64,000 bases of DNA, taken from an uncultured Flavobacteriaceae bacterium (GTDB lineage: Bacteria; Bacteroidota; Bacteroidia; Flavobacteriales; Flavobacteriaceae). The notes under the pieces are model-generated. The model searched no databases, was not told the origin of the DNA, and saw only the letters and a program-made list of their open reading frames with translations. This document shows, one piece after another, positions 10,336 through 19,363 of this stretch. Both the position numbers and the translations under genes were made by a program. Numbering within the stretch: the first letter of the stretch is position 1; each line of letters opens with the position of its first letter. The stretch lies in NCBI GenBank assembly GCA_937923515.1, contig CALDUF010000057.1:230-64229 (forward strand). The letters run 5' to 3'.

Positions 10336-11067
10336 CTAGCTTGATTCTTTTTTTTCTTTAAAGGTGTAGATAATTTTTAGTTCATCGAGTTCTATTTCGG
10401 GTTCTAAGTGTTCTATAAAATTACCATCTTCATCAAAATGTTTTAAAAACGGATCGTCGTCTTCATTATAATGTTCGTCTTCCCAAACGTACTTTTTAGG
10501 TTTTGCTATGTGTTTTTTGAAAATTAACGCAAATAGCAATCCTGTTATTAAACCAGATAAATGGCCTTCCCACGAAATTCCTTCTTCTATGGGAAGTGTA
10601 TACCATATCATACTCCCATATAAAAAAACGACTAGTAATGATAACGCGATAAGCCTGTAATGTTTAGCAAAAACACCTTTAAAGAAGGTAAAACTTACTA
10701 ATACATATATTAATCCGCTTGCCCCAATATGATAGGACGGCCTACCAATACACCAAGTTAAAAAACCTGAAATAAAAATACCCCAGAACAACACTTTCCA
10801 AGCTATGGGTTTATAGAAATAAAATAGTGCCATTGATAATACAAACAGCGGAATTGTATTATGGTAGAGATGCTGAATATCGCCGTGTAAAAACGGACTT
10901 AATACTACACCTCTTAAACCTGATAGAGTTTGCGGGTATACACCGAACTTAGAAAATTTAAATCCGAAACGTACCTCAAACCAAAATACCAACCAAATAA
11001 TTAGTACAAAGAGTATTGGGTAAGCAATGACTCCTGTGGTATATTCAAAATGTTTATTTTGTTTCAT
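10336..11067 (-). CDS. Rhomboid family intramembrane serine protease
   Basis: HxxxxHLxxN, HIGASG and GHLSG motifs; multiple TM helices. Confidence 0.9.
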   Translation of the reverse strand: MKQNKHFEYTTGVIAYPILFVLIIWLVFWFEVRFGFKFSKFGVYPQTLSGLRGVVLSPFLHGDIQHLYHNTIPLFVLSMALFYFYKPIAWKVLFWGIFISGFLTWCIGRPSYHIGASGLIYVLVSFTFFKGVFAKHYRLIALSLLVVFLYGSMIWYTLPIEEGISWEGHLSGLITGLLFALIFKKHIAKPKKYVWEDEHYNEDDDPFLKHFDEDGNFIEHLEPEIELDELKIIYTFKEKKESS

Positions 11068-11127
11068 TTGTATAAATATAGCAAATAGTTAACCAGCTTT
11101 GAATGATGTGCTAAAATGGCAGATAAG

Positions 11128-11267
11128 TGCGTGAGGGATTGCAACGGCATCCTTTTTTAAAACGGTTTTTAACCAAAATACATTTTGGTTAAAAATAGCG
11201 CAGCGCAGTTTTAAAAAAGATATAGTGTAAAGCCCGACCCAGATTTTTATCTGGGGCACGCCCAAAA
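11128..11267 (+). ncRNA. Flavo-1-like structured RNA/repeat element, copy 1
   Basis: TGCGTGAGGGATTGCAACGGCATCCTTTT...AAAAGATATAGTGTAAAGCCCGACCC...GGGGCACGCCCAAAA. Homologous to copies at 36941, 42861 and 53872 with compensatory changes. The Flavo-1 name is from memory of the motif, not a covariance-model search. Confidence 0.8.
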
Positions 11268-11297
11268 TTTAAATAAAAATCAGTTAATTTTACAGTG

Positions 11298-12581
11298 ATG
11301 AATACAAATGCACCTTTAGCAGAGCGTTTGCGCCCAAGGCGTTTAACCGATTATGTGAGCCAAACGCACTTGGTTGGAAAGGATGGTGCGCTTTCGCAGC
11401 AATTAAAGCATGGGTTGATTGCGTCTATGATTTTTTGGGGACCGCCTGGAACGGGAAAAACAACGCTGGCGAATATTATTGCTTCGGAATCTGAACGGCC
11501 TTTTTACACCTTAAGTGCTATAAATTCTGGGGTTAAGGATATTAGAGAGGTTATTGATAAGGCGAAACAGAGCGGTGCGCTATTTACTACTAAAAACCCC
11601 ATTTTATTTATTGATGAAATACATAGGTTTAGTAAATCTCAGCAAGATTCCTTACTGCAAGCCGTAGAAAAAGGGTGGATTACTTTAATTGGTGCAACTA
11701 CTGAAAACCCCAGTTTTGAGGTGATTCCTGCTTTATTATCGCGCTGCCAAGTGTATGTGCTAAATGCATTTTCTAAAAACGATTTAGAACTGCTTTTAAG
11801 GCGTGCTATTACTAATGACACAATTATATCTAAAAAAACAATTACATTACAGGAAACCGATGCTTTACTTAGACTGTCTGGCGGTGATGCTAGAAAGTTG
11901 CTTAATATTTTTGAATTGATTGTGAATTCTAGTACTACCAACGATATTACCATTACTAATGCGTTTGTTCTGGATAAAGTGCAAAATAATACGGTGAGGT
12001 ATGATAAAACTGGTGAGCAACATTATGATATAATTTCGGCATTTATTAAATCGATTAGAGGTAGCGACCCTAATGCCGCTGTGTATTGGCTTGCTAGAAT
12101 GATTGAAGGTGGCGAGGATGTTAAGTTTATTGCACGCAGACTCTTAATTGCTGCTAGTGAAGATATTGGAAATGCCAACCCTACTGCTTTGGTTATTGCC
12201 AACAACACGTTTCAAGCGGTATCTACGATTGGTTATCCGGAGTCTCGTATTATTTTGAGTCAGTGCGCTACATATTTAGCTTGTTCTCCTAAAAGTAATG
12301 CGGCATACAAAGCTATTGGCGAGGCACAACAGCTAGTGAAAACTACTGGTGATTTATCGGTACCCCTAGAGATTAGAAATGCCCCAACCAAATTAATGAA
12401 AGAACTTGGTTATGGCGATAATTATAAATATGCACATAATTATACTGACAATTTTGCTGAACAAGAGTTTTTGCCTAATGAAATAAAAGGCACAAAACTT
12501 TACGAACCTGGTAATAATGCTAGAGAGCAAGCACACCGCGAGTTTTTAAAACAACGTTGGAAAGAGAAGTATGGTTATTAA
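11298..12581 (+). CDS. rarA: Replication-associated recombination protein A (MgsA/RarA AAA+ ATPase)
   Basis: PLAERLRP, Walker A GPPGTGKTT, Walker B FIDEIHRF, GATTENP and ISAFIKSIRGSD. Confidence 0.95.
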   Translation: MNTNAPLAERLRPRRLTDYVSQTHLVGKDGALSQQLKHGLIASMIFWGPPGTGKTTLANIIASESERPFYTLSAINSGVKDIREVIDKAKQSGALFTTKNPILFIDEIHRFSKSQQDSLLQAVEKGWITLIGATTENPSFEVIPALLSRCQVYVLNAFSKNDLELLLRRAITNDTIISKKTITLQETDALLRLSGGDARKLLNIFELIVNSSTTNDITITNAFVLDKVQNNTVRYDKTGEQHYDIISAFIKSIRGSDPNAAVYWLARMIEGGEDVKFIARRLLIAASEDIGNANPTALVIANNTFQAVSTIGYPESRIILSQCATYLACSPKSNAAYKAIGEAQQLVKTTGDLSVPLEIRNAPTKLMKELGYGDNYKYAHNYTDNFAEQEFLPNEIKGTKLYEPGNNAREQAHREFLKQRWKEKYGY

Positions 12582-12591
12582 TGTTTCTAAT

Positions 12592-13467
12592 CTAAAATTT
12601 TATGTTTAACTGCTCTTGTTTTAGAATTCCGTTAGTATAATATTCTAAAATCCAGCTTTCGCCTTTTTTATAAATAATTGCATTTTCGTCTTCTAAAATA
12701 AATACGTTGTCTAGTCCTGTATTTTTTAACTTATGTAACACTTTAGGAGTGCTATCTACAAGCTGATAGCCATTTGGTATTGCCTGAGCATATAACACAT
12801 TTGTAGTAGATGTATTTGTCCCTATACTAGGTTGAGATGCGTTACTTTGTTTTATTGCTACATCATTTTTTACAGGCTTACTAACTTCAGTAGCAACTTC
12901 TTTAACCGTTACAGTTTCCTTTGCTTGTTTTAGCGTTGCTAATTCCTGTTTTAGTTTTTCAATTTCTTCTTTTGTTTCAGAAGTATTCGTTTCTACAACC
13001 TCGGTAGATTGCGCAACTCGTGTAGCTTTTTTAGGTTGATAGTTGTAGTTTAGTGCTTTGATAGACTTAAATGCTTCTCTAAGCGCATAATTATAGGCAG
13101 TACTAAATTCTTTCTCTCTGCTTTCGCCTGTTCCAGAAATGTAAACCACTTTGTCATTACAATCCTTTAGTGTTACGTTAAGTTTTGTTCTAAACATGCC
13201 AGAATATTTTGTAACGTTAGATCGTAAGGCTAAACACCTATCTCGCACAAGGTCTTCAGGGTATTCACTACCTTCCATAATTGCCGTAAAACCGTATTTA
13301 TTAAATAGAAATTGAGACAACTCGTTTAAGCGGTATTTATTTGCTTCTTTAAGAAATTCGAATTTGTTGGGTACAATCACATATTTATATTCATTAAGAT
13401 TTGCCTGTGCAAAGGCATTTGCAATGATAAAACATGCTATAAATAAGGTAAGATATTTAGTTTTCAT
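12592..13467 (-). CDS. Conserved hypothetical secreted protein with central coiled coil
   Basis: Signal peptide, YKYVIVP motif and a helical EIEKLKQELATLK segment. Confidence 0.75.
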   Translation of the reverse strand: MKTKYLTLFIACFIIANAFAQANLNEYKYVIVPNKFEFLKEANKYRLNELSQFLFNKYGFTAIMEGSEYPEDLVRDRCLALRSNVTKYSGMFRTKLNVTLKDCNDKVVYISGTGESREKEFSTAYNYALREAFKSIKALNYNYQPKKATRVAQSTEVVETNTSETKEEIEKLKQELATLKQAKETVTVKEVATEVSKPVKNDVAIKQSNASQPSIGTNTSTTNVLYAQAIPNGYQLVDSTPKVLHKLKNTGLDNVFILEDENAIIYKKGESWILEYYTNGILKQEQLNIKF

Positions 13468-14866
13468 TTCTAAAAATATAGTTTAATCCTAATTGTAAAG
13501 ATACATTTTGTGCATCATATATATTTTGATATGATAAAAAATTATCTGCCATAACATACATATTTAACCCCCAAAGGTTTGCCGAAATACCTAAACCTAA
13601 ATTATTTAAAGCATACGTATCTAAAGTATAAGTGGCTTTTGCGCTTAAACCGTTAAAGATGCGCCTATAATAATAAGCGGTTAAAGCAGCTTGTGGACCT
13701 TTTGGTCGTTGCATTACAAATAACTGCGCTCCTACTCTATTTAGGTAATCGCCTTTATCTGCTAAACAATCACAGTCTTTTATTTGTTTCTTACCAAATG
13801 CATAATTTACAGCAGCGTTAAGTTTTACTGGTCTTAACGTTGTATATCGTGTTGTTGAAGAGTCTACAGTGAACAAATCTTCAAAATCTTCTTCAATTTC
13901 ACTCCAATATTCATCAGCTGTTAGGTTACCACTATTTTCTGGAAAAATAGGATCTATGCCTTCAAACTCTAAATCACCAATCAACTCATAGTTTTTTATA
14001 TCTTTTGAATGTGTAATAAAACCAATATCTAACACACTAGCATCTATAGTCCATTGGTCTGTTACGTGGTATGTAAATCCAAAATCAGCTCCTAAACCTA
14101 AACTTCCTCCTAACAGTAAGCGCCGTCTTAACGTTTTAATATTTTGACTTACATCGCCATTTACCAAGCTATTAATTCCAGAAGTTTTAACGCCAAGGTT
14201 AAAATTAAAAATATGATTGTAGATATTATTTTCACCTTCTAAGGTAGTAAACGTTCCTCTATTTTTGGTAGAACTTACATTGGCAATGTTAGAATATATT
14301 TTACCTCTAACACCGTATGTGAATTTAGAATTCACCTTTTTATTATATCCTACATGAAGTACTGAAATTAAACTGGCATTAAAATTAAGGTGTCCTAATC
14401 TAAAAGGTCTACCAATATTGTTTTGGTTACCCTCTAAAGCTAAAATCGCATAATCTTTAGGGAAATAGCTAATAAAATCTAGCTCTTGGTATAACCCGAA
14501 ACTTAAGTATTCATTTTTTGCATAAGATGGTCCAAAAGCAAAACCTCCTGAGAATATTTCTAACTGTTGGGTGGCCGTAAAAAAATCTTTATCACTTAGT
14601 CTATCAACGGCATTTCTTAATTTTGCATTAAAATCTACACCATCTTGCGCAAAAAGATCATACACAGTTATACCTGATGATCCGGCATTTACATGAATAT
14701 GCGATAGCAAAGGGATACCAAAATAACCTTTATTTTTAATAGTTCCTCCTGGGTTTTGAAGTAAGGCTTGAGGTACTTCTGAAAATCCATAGAGTATTTG
14801 TTTGTTTTGAGAAAAACAAAAGCTTACCATCAACACTAAAACATAATGCAACCGTTTTAAATTCAT
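13457..14866 (-). CDS. DUF5723-like outer-membrane beta-barrel protein
   Basis: Signal peptide, early NP motif, amphipathic beta-strands and C-terminal LQLGLNYIF. Confidence 0.75.
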   Translation of the reverse strand: MNLKRLHYVLVLMVSFCFSQNKQILYGFSEVPQALLQNPGGTIKNKGYFGIPLLSHIHVNAGSSGITVYDLFAQDGVDFNAKLRNAVDRLSDKDFFTATQQLEIFSGGFAFGPSYAKNEYLSFGLYQELDFISYFPKDYAILALEGNQNNIGRPFRLGHLNFNASLISVLHVGYNKKVNSKFTYGVRGKIYSNIANVSSTKNRGTFTTLEGENNIYNHIFNFNLGVKTSGINSLVNGDVSQNIKTLRRRLLLGGSLGLGADFGFTYHVTDQWTIDASVLDIGFITHSKDIKNYELIGDLEFEGIDPIFPENSGNLTADEYWSEIEEDFEDLFTVDSSTTRYTTLRPVKLNAAVNYAFGKKQIKDCDCLADKGDYLNRVGAQLFVMQRPKGPQAALTAYYYRRIFNGLSAKATYTLDTYALNNLGLGISANLWGLNMYVMADNFLSYQNIYDAQNVSLQLGLNYIFRNEN

Positions 14867-15417
14867 TAATTAATATTTAGAAATAAAACAGCTTTGGACT
14901 TCACATCGATTTCTCCAGGCGTATTTTCATTAATTGGAACCCCAGCAAGCATTGTTAAACTAAACTCTGCAATTTGTGTTTGCTTTATGCTATCTAAAGC
15001 ATCGCCTTCAAAAGTTATAATATGTTCTGTAGCAATTACTTGATTGTTTGGAGAGGCTTCAGTTACAATATCAAAAGTTTCTAATAGTTGCCCATTGTCA
15101 TCTAAAAAAGTAACCCGAAGGCGGTAGGCACGATTGATTGAGTTTTCTACCTGAAAGACAAAATCAATTTTTTCTAAACTATCTTGAAAAAACCCATTTC
15201 CAAAAAAGTCAATTTCAGCAAAATCTTCGACAGTAGATTGCTCGCTTCCTCCCACAAAAAAATCTGCTGCAGAGGCGTTATAAAATATTAGGCTAGATTC
15301 TACAATTGGTTCTAAAACTAAAGCATCAGCCTGATTAAAATCTATGGGTTTTGTGCAGTTGAATAGGACTAACATTGCTATTATATAACCTACATATTTA
15401 TTTTGTATTACTATCAT
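14866..15417 (-). CDS. Hypothetical lipoprotein
   Basis: Lipobox LFNC; its stop overlaps the start of the barrel gene. Confidence 0.75.
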   Translation of the reverse strand: MIVIQNKYVGYIIAMLVLFNCTKPIDFNQADALVLEPIVESSLIFYNASAADFFVGGSEQSTVEDFAEIDFFGNGFFQDSLEKIDFVFQVENSINRAYRLRVTFLDDNGQLLETFDIVTEASPNNQVIATEHIITFEGDALDSIKQTQIAEFSLTMLAGVPINENTPGEIDVKSKAVLFLNIN

Positions 15418-15451
15418 GTATCTAAAACGCTATAATTATTAAAGGTATTGT

Positions 15452-16144
15452 TTACAAATAGTGTTTGAGATCAATTAGTTTTGAGATGCTATTTATACCT
15501 TTATCAAAATTTGAGTTATCGGGATTGTAAAAAATGGCATCCATTCCCATTTTTAATGCACCGTCAACATCAGCCTCTAAACTATCTCCAATCATAATAC
15601 TTTTGTTTGCTTTAGTATTTGCCAAATGTAAAGCATAATCAAATATTTTAGAGTTTGGTTTTTTTACGCCAGCAAGCTCCGCATTTGTAGTGGTTTCAAA
15701 ATAATTAATAATGTTAGATTGCGCCATTTTTTTATGCTGCACCTCATCAAAACCGTTTGTAATAATATGCAATCTGTAACTACCCTTTAAATATTCCAAA
15801 ATATCAATTGTACCTTCAATTAAAAAATTAAATGTAGATAGGTATTTAACATAATCTACAGACAATTTATGGATAACATCATCTTGTAAGGATACATTTA
15901 TGGCTTTAAATGTTACATCCAATCGTTCAAACCGTAACACCTCTTTGGTAATATGCGCTTCTCTATATAATTTCCAATATTTAAAATTTATAGGTACATA
16001 GTGCTCTAAAAAATCATTTAGATTGACATCTATTTTATTTAGTTTGAAAATTTTTTCAAAAGTTAATGCAGAATTTTTTTCAAAATCCCATAATGTGTGG
16101 TCTAAATCAAAAAACACATCGGTAATACCACTAATTTTATTCAT
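15452..16144 (-). CDS. yjjG: YjjG family HAD pyrimidine 5'-nucleotidase
   Basis: FFDLDHTLWDF, ITNG, KP and IGDSLEADV motifs. Confidence 0.88.
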   Translation of the reverse strand: MNKISGITDVFFDLDHTLWDFEKNSALTFEKIFKLNKIDVNLNDFLEHYVPINFKYWKLYREAHITKEVLRFERLDVTFKAINVSLQDDVIHKLSVDYVKYLSTFNFLIEGTIDILEYLKGSYRLHIITNGFDEVQHKKMAQSNIINYFETTTNAELAGVKKPNSKIFDYALHLANTKANKSIMIGDSLEADVDGALKMGMDAIFYNPDNSNFDKGINSISKLIDLKHYL

Positions 16145-17435
16145 CTGTTGAGGCTAAAATGAGATTAAATAATTCTTTAAATCCGCTCCAAGTAGCAATA
16201 TTGCTAAATGTGTAATTATGAAATACAGGTACAAACTCACCGTTTACTCGCTTTACTTCACTTATAATAACGTTCAACGCTTTCTTTTTATCTAGTAAAG
16301 AGCTGTGTTTTAATAACGTAAAATCCATCACATGAAACGGACATACTTTTAATGGTGTTTGCACTTCATAATCTAAATCATAAAACAAAAAAGGTGTGCA
16401 TGCACCAGCTCTAAAACCTGTATGATTTACATAACCCATAGTATAATCTTCATGAACTTCTAAGGCCACTAAATTTCTGTAAGATTCTGGTAGGTTTAAT
16501 TTTGAAAAAGAATATCTAGAGGCTGTTAATGAGGTATTAATAACCTCTTCCATTTGGCGCTTTTCTTTTTTTAGCATCTCAACATCTTTCACAGAGAAAT
16601 ACGATGCCTTTAAACCCACTAAACAATAATCTGCCAGATGTTTTATAAGAGATATGTACTTACGTTTATTGATGTTTATACCCTTATCAAAAGTAGAATA
16701 AGAGCCAATAAAAAAGAATATTAAAAATTTAAACTGATATTGTTTCTGCCTATTGATAATATACTTAAACGTATCAAAAGGGTCGTGCTTAAGCCCAAAA
16801 AGTACTGCATATCTTAAATACAAACTTCTAAATCTAAACCTAAAAAAATCTTTAAATGTACCTCCAAGCGATCGCATTACACCCTTTAGCTTATAGCTGT
16901 AAGGACTTGGAACATCAATAACTGGTTTAATACGATATGCTTTATTTGGAAACTCAAAATCAGGAAATTGACTTTGTAATGCATGTTTAAATTTATAAGC
17001 CCAAATATCTACAACGGGTTGCTGCAAAAAACCATGTTTATAACCAAGACTTTCTGTGGCTGTAAACCTGCCATATTCATCTTTGCGCTGTGGCAAATAC
17101 TCTTCGTAGCGCGATAACATATAAAACGCTGCTGCAAAAATATCAAACGGTAAGGCACTCTTTTCTCCATTAAAGAAAAAACATTTAGTGTTTTCCCAAT
17201 CTTGCACATTAATTTCTATATCGGTTAAACCTTGCTCAAATAATATGTCGTTACTCTTTATAAAAAACTCGTTGCCCAATTGTTGTTTTGTATACGACAT
17301 TTTTAAAGTGTCGTGCGCAATAAACTCCTCAATTTTAGTAGTAAAATCTACTTTAACACCCAATATACGTGTGCAAATATGCTTAAAAACATATTTTAAC
17401 CGTGGTGATATTTTATGGGTGTATACTAGTAACAT
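16137..17435 (-). CDS. Polysaccharide deacetylase-like protein (DUF7033-like N-terminus)
   Basis: FDIFAAAFYMLSRYEEY, PVIDV, DYTMGY and GFRAGAC motifs. Confidence 0.7.
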   Translation of the reverse strand: MLLVYTHKISPRLKYVFKHICTRILGVKVDFTTKIEEFIAHDTLKMSYTKQQLGNEFFIKSNDILFEQGLTDIEINVQDWENTKCFFFNGEKSALPFDIFAAAFYMLSRYEEYLPQRKDEYGRFTATESLGYKHGFLQQPVVDIWAYKFKHALQSQFPDFEFPNKAYRIKPVIDVPSPYSYKLKGVMRSLGGTFKDFFRFRFRSLYLRYAVLFGLKHDPFDTFKYIINRQKQYQFKFLIFFFIGSYSTFDKGININKRKYISLIKHLADYCLVGLKASYFSVKDVEMLKKEKRQMEEVINTSLTASRYSFSKLNLPESYRNLVALEVHEDYTMGYVNHTGFRAGACTPFLFYDLDYEVQTPLKVCPFHVMDFTLLKHSSLLDKKKALNVIISEVKRVNGEFVPVFHNYTFSNIATWSGFKELFNLILASTDE

Positions 17436-17513
17436 ATGGTATTGAATTACAAATATTTAAAATCTAAATATTAAAATTCTGGTTGTTAGTTTTTAAACAT
17501 GTATTTACAAATT

Positions 17514-18212
17514 TCACAACAATGCTTCATCTGCAAAACTAAAGTATGCATTTTCAGTAACTATTAAATGATCTAAAACTTTAATATCTAAACTTTGTGC
17601 AGCTGTTTTTAATTTTTGAGTAATTTGCTTGTCGGCTTCACTAGGTTTTAATGTACCCGATGGATGATTATGTGCTAAAATTAAACCAGTTGCCCCAACT
17701 TCTAGAGCATTTTTTAACACCAATCTCACATCTACTAAAGTACCCGTTATACCGCCTTTACTTAACTGATTTTTATGGATAATACTATTTGAATTATTCA
17801 AATATATAATCCAAAACTCTTCATGCTCAAGTTCTCCAATAATGGGTTGCATCAATTCAAAAACGGTGGCGCTAGATGTGATTTTTTTCTTTTCTAAAGC
17901 GTCTTCTCCTCTACGGCGTCTCCCTAGTTCTAAAGCAGCAACAATAGTTATGGCTTTGGCTTCGCCTATACCTTTAAACGCCATAAGCTGGTTTATGGTA
18001 AGTTTTCCAAGTGCACTTAAATTATTATCTACACTTGCTAAAATACGTTTACATAGGGCAACGGCACTTTCTTCTCGGTTACCAGAACCGATTAAAATAG
18101 CCACCAACTCTGCATCACTTAAAGCTGCTTTGCCTTTATATAGTAATTTCTCACGAGGTTGGTCGTCCTGACTCCAATTCTTAATTGAAAACGAAGATGG
18201 TTTTTCTTGCAT
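17514..18212 (-). CDS. radC: RadC/JAB domain protein (UPF0758)
   Basis: PREKL, LSDAEL, GIGEAKA, HNHPSG and LDHLIV motifs. Confidence 0.93.
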   Translation of the reverse strand: MQEKPSSFSIKNWSQDDQPREKLLYKGKAALSDAELVAILIGSGNREESAVALCKRILASVDNNLSALGKLTINQLMAFKGIGEAKAITIVAALELGRRRRGEDALEKKKITSSATVFELMQPIIGELEHEEFWIIYLNNSNSIIHKNQLSKGGITGTLVDVRLVLKNALEVGATGLILAHNHPSGTLKPSEADKQITQKLKTAAQSLDIKVLDHLIVTENAYFSFADEALL

Positions 18213-18361
18213 TGGTTAAAGATAAATATTGTAATATAAATGTAAAAACATTATGAATACTTAAGTATGAGTAAATTTACAAGTAAAGCATTTTAATTAT
18301 GAAAAGTGATGTGTCTTTTTTAACACTATAAATTCTAAACGTAATTATTAAATGCATAAAA

Positions 18362-18389
18362 AAGAGAGATATCTTACGATATCTCTCTT
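18362..18389. terminator. Hairpin/terminator downstream of the minus-strand lipoprotein gene
   Basis: AAGAGAGATATC-TTAC-GATATCTCTCTT perfect inverted repeat. Confidence 0.75.
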
Positions 18390-18425
18390 CTCTTAACTAG
18401 CTTATATGTATTTTAATAGTAAATT

Positions 18426-19142
18426 CTATTTCTCGTCATAGTCTGCAATGGTATTTGCTTTCTCCATTTGTTTATTATAGGTTTTTTCTGCAGCTTCAAT
18501 TTTACCTTTCTCCATTTTCTTGTTGTATTTATCTATTGCTTTCTTGTTGATTTTTGCATAATCAAATACAGTCTCGGTAATTTCCTCGTGTAAGTCATCA
18601 AATTGCTCTGATAGCTCCTCTAAATTCTCCATATATTCATTTTTGGAGGCATCAGTTTCTACAATCAATTCATTGTACTCTTTTTGGATATCATCAATAT
18701 CCTCCATAATTTCTTCGGTCATCAAAGCATCAGGAATAGTTTGCTTTAAACTTGTTACAATTCCTGCCAAATCTGCTACTTTTTCATTGGTAGTCTTAAA
18801 CTTTAATGCTTTAATTTCGCTAAGCTCACTTTCTAATGTGCTAAATGATGTCCAATCGTCCATGTGCACCATTCCAGCATCATCTATAGTATATGATACT
18901 TCTTCTCCATTCTTATCTTGGAATGATGTAGCTGTAACAATGTTAGAAACTCTATCGGTTTTCTCAGACATTGCTAAATTAACGTTTGGTGTAGCATTGG
19001 TATTCTCAGATACCTCTGAATAAGATTCTTCATAGTTTTTGGCATCATTTTTTACTTCATTTTTACAAGAAGTTAATGTTATCGTTGCCAAAGCTAATGC
19101 TGCGGTAAATATTCCTGTCGTTTTCATTTTAATCGTTTTCAT
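18426..19142 (-). CDS. Hypothetical acidic coiled-coil lipoprotein
   Basis: Lipobox LTSC; likely start MKTIK at 19142; helical E/K-rich C-terminus. Confidence 0.75.
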   Translation of the reverse strand: MKTIKMKTTGIFTAALALATITLTSCKNEVKNDAKNYEESYSEVSENTNATPNVNLAMSEKTDRVSNIVTATSFQDKNGEEVSYTIDDAGMVHMDDWTSFSTLESELSEIKALKFKTTNEKVADLAGIVTSLKQTIPDALMTEEIMEDIDDIQKEYNELIVETDASKNEYMENLEELSEQFDDLHEEITETVFDYAKINKKAIDKYNKKMEKGKIEAAEKTYNKQMEKANTIADYDEK

Positions 19143-19314
19143 TATTAAATATTTTTGGTTGGTTGCAATATAAATTAGCATTAAAGATTCAGCAAAAAAT
19201 AAGAATTAAAGTATTCTTAAAGTATGGAGTACTTTTAACATAGAAGCATGAATGGTTAACACTTTATGTAAATTTTTTGTTAATTTAAGAGAATTTAACG
19301 TGTATACATTTCAT

Positions 19315-19343
19315 AAAAAAAGCTCCGATAAGGAGCTTTTTTT
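19315..19343 (-). terminator. Intrinsic terminator after valS
   Basis: A-run AGCTCC-GATAA-GGAGCT T-run. Confidence 0.85.
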
Positions 19344-19363
19344 GTGAAAATATGTGTTAATGG

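Noticed and set aside
19200-19300. Recurring TTAA/TTAAC words upstream of the lipoprotein gene (also near 52160)
   Set aside because: Spacing is irregular and such words are expected at this AT content.
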